Assembly (NCBI GenBank): GCA_031316235.1
Contig: JALDRA010000001.1
Span: 150,001 to 182,000, forward strand
Source: Candidatus Scalindua sp.
GTDB taxonomy: Bacteria > Planctomycetota > Brocadiia > Brocadiales > Scalinduaceae
DNA length: 32,000 nt
Direction of reading: 5' to 3'
Shown one piece after another: positions 17,594-25,441 of this stretch (position 1 is its first letter; every line of letters begins with the position of its first letter). The notes under the pieces were generated by a model. It saw nothing but the letters and a program-made list of their open reading frames with translations, had not been told where the DNA came from and did not search any database. A program made the translations under genes and the position numbers.

Positions 17594-18646
17594 CTACCCC
17601 CGAAGTGCAAAAAATTGGTTGAAGGGATTTTCAATAGAAAGTTTCTCAAAACAGGAGTAACCTGCTTCTTCTGCAAGTTTTCTTGCCCCACTTTCACCGA
17701 TAATTGTACCAAGCCCTTTGCCACGGTGAGCCATGGATACCGTAAGACAATGGAAAGGGCTAAGGGATGAGAACGTTTTACCCACCGGATTTCTACAATC
17801 GAGTGGATTATCTGAGGCGTTGGGCTCAGACCAAAAAAGAGTCCCATTGTCCGTAAGAGCTTCACGGATTGCCTTCAGTGCTGAGAGTGGGTCTGCCATA
17901 TCGTGAATGCAATCCAATGTGCAAATCAGGTCATAGAATTTCTTTCCAGGGATCGCGCTGGCAGATGCTTCAAGAAACTCAATGTTGGTTAATCCTTTAG
18001 ACTCCGCAAGTTTTCTTGCTCGATCAATACTCGATCCGTGGTAATCAATTCCCAAAACCTTTGATTTCGGGAATGCCTTCGCTATTGCCACTGAGGACTG
18101 TCCGCAGCCACAACCGATATCCGCTATATTTATCCCTTTTTCCAGCTTATCTGTCAGACCGGGTACCGTGTTCAGCCAGTCCCTGGCGAGAAAGTGCAGG
18201 TAGCCCGGGCGAAAAAAACGCTCAATCGCTTCCGGAATTTCTTCACCTATATCCGAATAAGAAATTCCTCCTCCATTTCGGAAGGCATTCATAATTTTCT
18301 GTACATTCAAAATCGTGGGAGTAGTAAAATGAAACGCACCTCCGGCAAACATCTGACTATCTTCGTTGGCCAGTACGCATGCCTGTTCATCGGTCATGAT
18401 GTATCGGTCAGAAGATGGGTCGTAATCTAAGTACTCAGCCGCCACCATAGCCTTAGCCCACTCCCTGATATAGCGCTCATTGAGTTTTGTTTTTTCCGCG
18501 AGTTCTAAACTTGTAAGCAGCCCTGTGCCTTCCATAGCTTTGAAAATCCCCAATCGGTCTCCGATGTATCCAAGAGCCATGGTGAAAGCGCCTCCCATAT
18601 CACCAACAATACGAAACGCCAGTTCTTCTGCTTTACTATTACCCAT
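17594..18646 (-). CDS. Class I SAM-dependent methyltransferase with N-terminal winged-helix dimerisation domain (Rv2258c-like)
   Basis: 350 aa. SAM motif I IADIGCGCGQSSVAIA. N-terminal wHTH-like LLTSLELAEKTKLNERYIREW. SD GAGGAG overlaps the arsR stop, 10-nt gap (operonic). Confidence 0.8.
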   Translation of the reverse strand: MGNSKAEELAFRIVGDMGGAFTMALGYIGDRLGIFKAMEGTGLLTSLELAEKTKLNERYIREWAKAMVAAEYLDYDPSSDRYIMTDEQACVLANEDSQMFAGGAFHFTTPTILNVQKIMNAFRNGGGISYSDIGEEIPEAIERFFRPGYLHFLARDWLNTVPGLTDKLEKGINIADIGCGCGQSSVAIAKAFPKSKVLGIDYHGSSIDRARKLAESKGLTNIEFLEASASAIPGKKFYDLICTLDCIHDMADPLSALKAIREALTDNGTLFWSEPNASDNPLDCRNPVGKTFSSLSPFHCLTVSMAHRGKGLGTIIGESGARKLAEEAGYSCFEKLSIENPFNQFFALRG

Positions 18647-18656
18647 TTTGATCTCC

Positions 18657-19031
18657 TCACAATAAAAGATTAATTACTTTTGGTTTTTTTACCTTTTTTG
18701 CCTTCAGTCTTTTGCCTTCCTTCCGAACCTCTTCACACGAACGGCGTTCAATTGGATAGTTTCCTGAAATGAATGTAAAGAGTGCATCTACCATTCGGGG
18801 GCGTATGATGTAATAACAACGTAGTACTCCAACCTCGTAAAAATCAATTACCTTGAGATTGCGCAGCATTGAAAGATGTTGAGAGAGGTTAGATTGCTCA
18901 ATTTCAAGTAAATCCTTGATATCAGTTACACATTTAGCTCCCTTAACAAGCTCTTCTAAGATCAATAGTCGAGTTGGATGTCCCAGGAGCTTTAGAACCT
19001 CTGCTTTATCTCTCATGTCTAATTTGTTCAT
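18657..19031 (-). CDS. ArsR/SmtB-family transcriptional regulator
   Basis: 124 aa. LKLLGHPTRLLILEELVKGAKCVTDIKDLLEIEQSNLSQHLSMLRNLKVI is the canonical ArsR wHTH. Lys-rich C-terminal tail. Confidence 0.88.
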   Translation of the reverse strand: MNKLDMRDKAEVLKLLGHPTRLLILEELVKGAKCVTDIKDLLEIEQSNLSQHLSMLRNLKVIDFYEVGVLRCYYIIRPRMVDALFTFISGNYPIERRSCEEVRKEGKRLKAKKVKKPKVINLLL

Positions 19032-19035
19032 TTGT

Positions 19036-19062
19036 CAACCATATTTTCAGAAAATATAGTTG
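19036..19062. promoter_or_regulatory. 12-3-12 imperfect inverted repeat, candidate ArsR operator in the divergent promoter region
   Basis: CAACCATATTTT-CAG-AAAATATAGTTG (11/12 arm complementarity), 5 nt from the arsR start codon. TATAAT on the + strand at 19081-19086. Confidence 0.45.
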
Positions 19063-19178
19063 TTGATTGTATGATAATATTATAATATAGTCAAGTTTGT
19101 CTTTAACGCTTCAGTTTTTTGCGGCAAATAGTAGTTCGCACGTAATACTCAGGTGTTATTTCATTACGCGTCCAAAGT

Positions 19179-19233
19179 TATACTCATCTCATAATGATTT
19201 TCGGATAAAATCCGAGATAAAATTAAGCGAGTA
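19179..19233 (-). repeat. Repeat family copy C: module M2 in inverted orientation
   Basis: TATACTCATCTCATAATGATTTTCGGATAAAATCCGAGATAAAATTAAGCGAGTA; 4 mismatches to copy A and ~6/54 to the reverse complement of M2 in copy D. Confidence 0.85.
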
Positions 19234-19261
19234 TATTAAGAAAAATCAGGGAGACAAAGCG

Positions 19262-19927
19262 ATGAGTTTTAATCGCAAGCAACATTGGGAAAATGCCTAT
19301 GGCCAGAAAAATCCGGTTGAAGTCAGCTGGTATCAGGTTGAACCTACCGTATCGCTGAAGTTTATCGCTTCAACTGAAATAGACCATGCAGCGAAAATCA
19401 TTGATGTCGGAGGCGGCGCATCTGTTCTTGTGGATAAATTATTAGATCAGGGATTTGAGAATTTAACTGTTCTCGATATTTCATCAAAAGCGATTCATTA
19501 TGCTCAAGCGAGGCTGGACAAGCGTGCTGAAAACGTAAGTTGGTTTGAGGCTGATGTAACAGAGTTTGAATCTTCAGTCCAATACGACTTCTGGCACGAT
19601 CGTGCAGTTTTTCATTTTCTTACTGATGCAGAAGATAGAACTAAGTATGTGCGAAGGTTGGAAGATGCGGTAAAACCTGGGGGGCATGTTGTCATCGCAG
19701 CCTTTGACATTGATGGCCCTTCTCAATGCAGCGGTCTTGATGTCGAACGATACAGCCCGGAGAAAATGAAAAACGAGCTTGGTGATTCTTTTGAGCTCGT
19801 CAATAGCGTTAGCGAAGCACATATAACACCCTGGAATAAACAACAGAAGTTCATTTACTGTTTTTTCAAGAAGATGTTAAATGATAGAGTTGAGAAGAGT
19901 CCTGAGTGTGATTCCCGAGATAAGTAG
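19262..19927 (+). CDS. Class I SAM-dependent methyltransferase (small, ~221 aa)
   Basis: Start moved from TTG 19097 (which would translate the repeat) to ATG 19262, which has SD GGGAGA. MSFNRKQHWENAYG...SWYQ, SAM motif IIDVGGGASVLV, post-I LDIS. Confidence 0.8.
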   Translation: MSFNRKQHWENAYGQKNPVEVSWYQVEPTVSLKFIASTEIDHAAKIIDVGGGASVLVDKLLDQGFENLTVLDISSKAIHYAQARLDKRAENVSWFEADVTEFESSVQYDFWHDRAVFHFLTDAEDRTKYVRRLEDAVKPGGHVVIAAFDIDGPSQCSGLDVERYSPEKMKNELGDSFELVNSVSEAHITPWNKQQKFIYCFFKKMLNDRVEKSPECDSRDK

Positions 19928-20003
19928 CGCTGTTTTAGGTTGACTCAAACATTTCCTGTCCATGTATTTGTTGCTCTCGCATTATATAAATACATTTAAT
20001 ATT

Positions 20004-20115
20004 TATACTAAAACCGATTTGGTTTTCGATTTTACCGGAAACCAAATCTTGGTGAAGGTATACTCGCTCAATTTTATCTCGGATGTTGTCCGAAATCCAG
20101 TATGAGATGAGTATA
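20004..20115 (+). repeat. Repeat family copy D: modules M1+M2 (short form, no insert)
   Basis: 112 bp. M1 stem GATTTGGTTT (20016-20025) / AAACCAAATC (20039-20048). M2 spans 20062-20115, with the palindrome degraded to TCGGATGTTGTCCGA. Confidence 0.9.
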
Positions 20116-20140
20116 TTTCTTTACATTAAAAAGTTGTGCA

Positions 20141-20890
20141 ATGAGTAATTCAGTACAGACAATACCGTTTACAAATCTGGCGCTGGCTTTCATCCCGGTT
20201 ATCGCTGTTATTGCGATTATCTGGAAATGGGGACTTGGTTATAAACGATCACTTTACGCTGTCTTTCGAATGCTTATTCAGCTTCTCCTTATCGGGTATT
20301 TTTTATCCTTTATTTTTGAATCTGACAGCTCACTGATCGTTATCGCTGTTCTGGCTGTTATGCTTTTTACCTCAAGCTGGATCGCTTTGCATACAAAGCA
20401 TATCCCCAGAAGGATATTATATCTGAAGTCCCTCTGGTCTATTTCGCTGGGTGGAGGCGTAATTTTATTACTTATAACACAATGTGTCCTCAATCTGCAA
20501 CCATGGTATCTGCCAAGTTATGTTATTCCTCTTGCAGGAATGATTTTTGCTAACGCAATGAACAGCGTCAGCCTTGCTGTTGAAAGGCTGGAGGCAGAGA
20601 TTGAGAGGAACATCCCCTATGATCAGGCACGTATTATAGCCTTTCGCGCTTCTCTGATTCCTGTTATAAATTCTCTGTTTGCAGTAGGCATCGTTTCCCT
20701 TCCCGGAATGATGACCGGACAGATATTATCAGGAGTTTCACCATTCATAGCCGCACGATATCAGATCATGGTTATGTGCATGATATTTGGTTCGGCGGGG
20801 ATTTCATCAGCATTTTTCCTGACATTAGTCAGGTCTGATTTCATGACGAAAGAGAATCTTGAATCCACTGACACAAAAACACTGAAATAA
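20141..20890 (+). CDS. fetB: FetB/YbbM-family (UPF0014) ABC-type permease, iron-export-like
   Basis: 249 aa. QLLLIGYFLSFIF, IPLAGMIFANAMNSVSLAVERL and VSLPGMMTGQILSGVSPFIAARYQIMVM parallel E. coli FetB. No adjacent ATPase gene. Confidence 0.75.
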   Translation: MSNSVQTIPFTNLALAFIPVIAVIAIIWKWGLGYKRSLYAVFRMLIQLLLIGYFLSFIFESDSSLIVIAVLAVMLFTSSWIALHTKHIPRRILYLKSLWSISLGGGVILLLITQCVLNLQPWYLPSYVIPLAGMIFANAMNSVSLAVERLEAEIERNIPYDQARIIAFRASLIPVINSLFAVGIVSLPGMMTGQILSGVSPFIAARYQIMVMCMIFGSAGISSAFFLTLVRSDFMTKENLESTDTKTLK

Positions 20891-21225
20891 GAGATCCAGG
20901 AAAGAGCAATGCTATGCACAGGAGCGGAAAATCTTATATTACGGACAGGACAAAAGAAATAGCGATGGAGAATATCTTAGCGTGCAGAACGTTCTCACCC
21001 CTTAGCCCTTTCCATTATAGAGTAAATATTTTTTATTGACAAAAAGCATCCTTATGTTATTTTTAAAATGATAGGTTACGATAGGCTGTCCTGGCTGACT
21101 TTTCCAAATCTCCTGAAACTGCCGTCTCTGGTAGTTTTTACGAAATTTTACATTTGTCCATTCAGGGCATAGCATAAGTAACTAGTGAATTTATTCATAA
21201 ATTTAGACTACTCTTGCCCTTAACT

Positions 21226-21621
21226 ATGCTGAGAAAAACAATCAAGAACAGATGCTCTATGATCCTGATCGTATTCGCATTCTGCTTATCAAGTGCGACC
21301 TGGAGCAGTTCCCTGATATTTGGATCTGAAGTACATTTTCATCAAGATCATATGCATGTGCATCACACGGATAAGGATCATGGTCCTGGAGGTTCAGACC
21401 ATCAAGATGCAAACACTATTTTGTATCTTGATTATGTAGTGACGAATCCTGCCAGCCATTTTAAAACACTCTCATGCCTCAACATTTTTTCATCTACTCA
21501 TAATTCACCGACTTACTGTTGCATTTTGAATAAAACCCTATCTGTACTGTCTCATTATGAAAACAAAAAAGGTTATTGTTTTCATAGTCTGTATCAACGC
21601 AAATCATCATATCTGATTTAG
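21226..21621 (+). CDS. Small putative secreted His-rich protein upstream of OMF 3 (hypothetical)
   Basis: ATG 21226 gives MLRKTIKNRCSMILIVFAFCLSSATWS (signal-like), then HFHQDHMHVHHTDKDHGPGGSDHQD. No SD. Same relative position as the 657-1022 ORF. Confidence 0.3.
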   Translation: MLRKTIKNRCSMILIVFAFCLSSATWSSSLIFGSEVHFHQDHMHVHHTDKDHGPGGSDHQDANTILYLDYVVTNPASHFKTLSCLNIFSSTHNSPTYCCILNKTLSVLSHYENKKGYCFHSLYQRKSSYLI

Positions 21622-21843
21622 GCAATTTATTCTGCCATTTTCCGCTTCTCATAAATTAACCGCTTACATGATCCACTTGTGCTGATGGAATCCGTCTGTT
21701 CATTCCTGCATAGTATCTGAAGAGATTTTTCGGTGCCGGATTGTGTTCTATGTGACAAATACCACAGGAAGAGGAGGCACATCAACCTCTATGTACTACA
21801 ACCGGTATCCAACTGTTTTTATCATTAACGAGAGGTAATTATA

Positions 21844-23136
21844 ATGAACGTGATGAAAATTTTATCTAGTAGCACATTTATTCTCGCAGTCTGTTATTTT
21901 ACGATATGTTCCAATAAGGCCCTGTTGGTGTCTCATGCACAGGAATCAAATACAAAGACTGAATATCTGACACTGGAAGATGCTGTTGAGATTGCCATTA
22001 ATAATAATCCCTTAATAAAGTCTAAAAAACATACTATGGGTACTTATGAAGGGAGAATAAAACAGGCAGGTCTGCTGCCAAACCCTAAGATTTTATTCTT
22101 CACACAGGAAATACAAACTAATGATGTAGGTTTTGATCAGAGTCAGAACTCTGTTGACGTAATCCAGAAACTAGAGACAGGAGGAAAGAGAAAACTGAGA
22201 GTTAGAGCAGCCGAAAAAGAAAAAAAGGTAATGGAATTTGATCTTCTCACTACAATAGCTGATATTACGGCAAACGTCAAAAAATCTTTCTTCAACGTGC
22301 TTACCAAACAGGATGAATTGAAATTTGCAGAAGAAACCTTGGTGATTGCTAAGAGTTTGATGTCTATTGCAAGTGAAAGATTTGAATCTGGAGACATAGC
22401 AAAGATTGAAGTTATCAAAGCTAAAATAGAATTGTCCAATGCTAAAATGAGGGTACAGGATGTTGAAAGGAAACATCTTAATTCGGTAAAAATGCTCAAG
22501 ACAGTCATGGGTGTACCAAACATTGTATTGCATAACCTGTCACCAATCTCAACTGCTGATACACCGTCACTAAATATGGACAAACTAAATGATCTGCTTT
22601 TAAACCGCCATCCCGCACTGAAAGCCCGGAAGAAAGCTGTGGATCTCTCACTCATAAAGATTACCGAGGCAAAGAGAATGGCCATCCCTGACATTAACGC
22701 GACTATTGGATACAAGAGGCTGACTGAAATAGACGTCAATACTATTCAGGCAGGAATAGAGTTTCCGTTACCAATTTTCAACAGAAATCAGGGCAAGATC
22801 ATTGAAGCCAGGGCATTTTCATTTAAGGCAAAAGACGATGTAGAGGTTGTCAGGAATCAATTACTACTTCAGTTGAACAATGCATTTAATTTATATATTT
22901 CTACCCGTGAACAGGTTAGTTTCTACGAAGACAGCATACTGCCACAGGCAGAAGAATCCCTGAAGATTGCAAGACAGGGATATAAGCAAGGTGAATTTGA
23001 TTATCTTGAGGTCCTGGATGCCCAACGAACGTTAGCAAACACAAGGATTTCATATTTGAAGATTTCAAATGAGTTTTTTTCTTCGATAACGGAAATAGAA
23101 AAGCTTGTTGGAGTGAAGATCTCTGATATTAAATAA
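21844..23136 (+). CDS. TolC-family outer membrane efflux protein, cluster 3
   Basis: 430 aa, signal sequence. LTLEDAVEIAINNNPLIKS and ...LDAQRTLANTRISYLKISNEFFSSITEIEKL are OMF repeat hallmarks. SD GAGAGG. Confidence 0.85.
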   Translation: MNVMKILSSSTFILAVCYFTICSNKALLVSHAQESNTKTEYLTLEDAVEIAINNNPLIKSKKHTMGTYEGRIKQAGLLPNPKILFFTQEIQTNDVGFDQSQNSVDVIQKLETGGKRKLRVRAAEKEKKVMEFDLLTTIADITANVKKSFFNVLTKQDELKFAEETLVIAKSLMSIASERFESGDIAKIEVIKAKIELSNAKMRVQDVERKHLNSVKMLKTVMGVPNIVLHNLSPISTADTPSLNMDKLNDLLLNRHPALKARKKAVDLSLIKITEAKRMAIPDINATIGYKRLTEIDVNTIQAGIEFPLPIFNRNQGKIIEARAFSFKAKDDVEVVRNQLLLQLNNAFNLYISTREQVSFYEDSILPQAEESLKIARQGYKQGEFDYLEVLDAQRTLANTRISYLKISNEFFSSITEIEKLVGVKISDIK

Positions 23137-23198
23137 TTCATGTTCAGCGCTGAAAATCACTGTACAATTAAGAACATTTTTTGCATAAGGATATTTAT

Positions 23199-24821
23199 AT
23201 GACAGGAGCATCTCTCTTTTATCAGCTCTGTAGAGTTAAACATTTGTATTTTCGTAAGCAAATTTTTGATCATGTAAAATCATCCGTGGTGAACAACGCA
23301 GTTATTTTATTCGTCACCGTTGCAGGTTTATTAGGAAGTTGTAACAGTGACATCCATAAACACGCTAATACCGAAAACGGGTATCCACACGCAGATGAAA
23401 TACATACCGGTGGAGCGGTCGAACCTCTTTCCTACACCCTTTACACGGATAAAGCAGAACTGTTTGTAGAGTTTAAACCTTTGATTGCAGGAGAAGTCTC
23501 AAAATTAGCTGCCCATTTTACCCAATTAGGAGAAAACTTCAAAGCCGTTACCGATGGCTTGGTAACGGTAAGCCTGATCGGAAGCAAGGAACAATTAATT
23601 GATAAAGCCGAACAACCATCATCTCCAGGGATATTTCGACTGGCTTTAAAACCAGAAATACCTGGTACCTATCAGTTGATTTTCGACATTCAGGCCAGAG
23701 AATTCTCTGACACAATCACGATAGATGACATGACTGTGTATCCTGACACAAAAACTGTTTTGGCAAATGAACGAGAACAAACAACCGGTGAAGAAATTGT
23801 TTATACAAAGGAACAGGCATGGAGGGTAGAGTTTGCCAACAGGGAAGTACAAAGACAGCCCTTTACTGAAATCATAAAAACTACGGGACAAATCGTACCT
23901 GCCCATGGAGACGAGACAACCATAACAGCAACAAGCAAAGGCATCATAACATTTGAAAACACTAAAATACTGTCCGGCTCTGCGGTAAATGAAGGCGAAA
24001 CCATATTTATAATATCAGGAGCCGGCCTGACAGAAGGCAATCTGGACGCAAAATACAAAGAAGCAGAAAACAACTATGAAAAAAGCAAAATAGATTTTGA
24101 AAGAGCCGAAGGTCTGGTAAAAAATAATATCATTTCACAGAAACATTTCCAGGAAATAGAACTTCGATACAAAAACGCTCAATCAACTTTTCATACTATT
24201 GAAAGAAATTATACTGCCGGTGGGCACCAAATCACATCACCAGTTGACGGGTTTATAAAAAATGTGATGGTACGAGAAGGAGAGTATGTTGAAATCGGCC
24301 AGTCGATCGCCAGCATCTCCCAAAACCGTAAACTCATCCTAAAAGCCGAAGTGCCTCAAAGGTATTTCTCAAAACTCAAGAGCATATCATCGGCGAATTT
24401 CATAACCGCTTACGACAGTAAAGTATACAGCACTGACAGCTTGAATGGCAGGCTCATCTCATATGGAAAAAGCGTAGAAAGTAACGCCTATTATATTCCG
24501 GTAAATTTTGAGATCAGTAATAATGGAGAAATCATTCCCGGTTCTTTTGTAGAAGTGATGCTAAAAACAAACGTTATTAAAGAAGCTTTGGTAATACCGT
24601 ACTCGGCACTTCTGGAAGAACAGGGCAATTATTTCGCCTATGTGCAGACATCAGGCGAAAGGTTCCAGAAGCGTGAATTAAAAATCGGCGCCAGTGATGG
24701 TATGAATGTACAGGTATCAGCAGGTATAAAGGAAGGTGAAAGAGTTGTCATGAAAGGTGGCTACCAGATAAAACTGGCAACAATGTCAGGTAAAATGCCT
24801 GCTCACGGGCACGAACATTAA
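23199..24821 (+). CDS. Efflux RND periplasmic adaptor 3 (lipoprotein) with ~150-aa extra N-terminal beta-rich domain
   Basis: Lipobox LLGSC. N-domain ...LYTDKAELFVEFKPLIAGE...GIFRLALKPEIPGTYQLIFDIQ. MFP core ITSPVDGFIKNVMVREGEYV. C-terminal MPAHGHEH. Start uncertain (ATG 23199, or an internal GTG near 23286). Confidence 0.85.
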   Translation: MTGASLFYQLCRVKHLYFRKQIFDHVKSSVVNNAVILFVTVAGLLGSCNSDIHKHANTENGYPHADEIHTGGAVEPLSYTLYTDKAELFVEFKPLIAGEVSKLAAHFTQLGENFKAVTDGLVTVSLIGSKEQLIDKAEQPSSPGIFRLALKPEIPGTYQLIFDIQAREFSDTITIDDMTVYPDTKTVLANEREQTTGEEIVYTKEQAWRVEFANREVQRQPFTEIIKTTGQIVPAHGDETTITATSKGIITFENTKILSGSAVNEGETIFIISGAGLTEGNLDAKYKEAENNYEKSKIDFERAEGLVKNNIISQKHFQEIELRYKNAQSTFHTIERNYTAGGHQITSPVDGFIKNVMVREGEYVEIGQSIASISQNRKLILKAEVPQRYFSKLKSISSANFITAYDSKVYSTDSLNGRLISYGKSVESNAYYIPVNFEISNNGEIIPGSFVEVMLKTNVIKEALVIPYSALLEEQGNYFAYVQTSGERFQKRELKIGASDGMNVQVSAGIKEGERVVMKGGYQIKLATMSGKMPAHGHEH

Positions 24822-25182
24822 GGAAATGTTAAATTTTAGATTTTGCATTTTAAATTAAGGATAACAACAATCAAAAAAGACAATATCATACTTGAGAAAT
24901 CCTTTGATTTTGCTTTAAGCATTATTGAGCTGTATAAGAATATGACTGAACAAAAGGAATATATTCTGTCGAAACAGATTCTCCGAAGTGGAACGAGCTG
25001 TAAGGAAATGTTAAATTTTAGATTTTGCATTTTAAATTAAGGATAATAACAATCAAAAAGGACAATATCATACTTGAGAAATCCTTTGATTTTGCTTTAA
25101 GCATTATTGAGCTGTATAAGAATATGACTGAACAAAAAGAATATATTCTGTCGAAACAAATTCTCCGAAGTGGAACGAGCAT
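24819..25182 (+). repeat. Two-copy 182-bp tandem direct duplication (24819-25000 / 25001-25182)
   Basis: The copies differ by 4 substitutions. The unit starts at the adaptor stop codon and covers the 5' part of the four-helix-bundle gene. The first copy yields a truncated ORF ending ...SGTSCKEMLNFRFCILN*. Confidence 0.92.
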
Positions 25183-25405
25183 TGGGGCAAATGTTGAGGA
25201 GGCTATTGCTGCGCATTCCAGAAAAGATTTTGCAGCTAAAATGATAATTGCCTCCAAAGAAGCAAGAGAAACTCGCTATTGGTTAAGGTTACTCCAAAAG
25301 AGCCAGCTGGTCAAATTAGAATTTACAATTCAATTAAATGATATTGAAACTATAATCAACATTATTACCGCTATTGTTAAAACTACTCAATCAAATTCTA
25401 AATAA
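25025..25405 (+). CDS. Four-helix-bundle protein (23S rRNA intervening-sequence protein family)
   Basis: ...KDNIILEKSFDFALSIIELYKNM..EYILSKQILRSGTSIGANVEEAIAAHSRKDFAAKMIIASKEARETRYWLRLL is the family signature. No in-frame ATG before MTEQ; a TTG start at 25025 is assumed. Confidence 0.8.
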   Translation: MHFKLRIITIKKDNIILEKSFDFALSIIELYKNMTEQKEYILSKQILRSGTSIGANVEEAIAAHSRKDFAAKMIIASKEARETRYWLRLLQKSQLVKLEFTIQLNDIETIINIITAIVKTTQSNSK

Positions 25406-25441
25406 TTTAACATATAAAATTCATCATTTAAAATTTCTATC

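Noticed and set aside
19097-19261. Long TTG-initiated N-terminal extension of the second methyltransferase
   Set aside because: The extension translates repeat copy C and the promoter region. The ATG at 19262 has a proper SD and gives the conserved methyltransferase N-terminus.
386-20115. Interpreting the M1/M2 repeats as integron attC sites with gene cassettes
   Set aside because: No RYYYAAC/GTTRRRY core sites are visible, no integrase gene is in the window, and the left-end copies are inverted half-elements rather than 3'-end attC sites.
21036-21070. Sigma70 promoter at the TTGACA upstream of the second small ORF
   Set aside because: No acceptable -10 hexamer lies at 16-19 nt spacing (ATTTTT at 17 nt; TAAAAT only at 22 nt).
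24819-25182. Tandem 182-bp repeats as a CRISPR or other array
   Set aside because: There are only two copies with no spacer structure. The unit is a coding sequence plus its upstream flank, so this is a simple segmental duplication.
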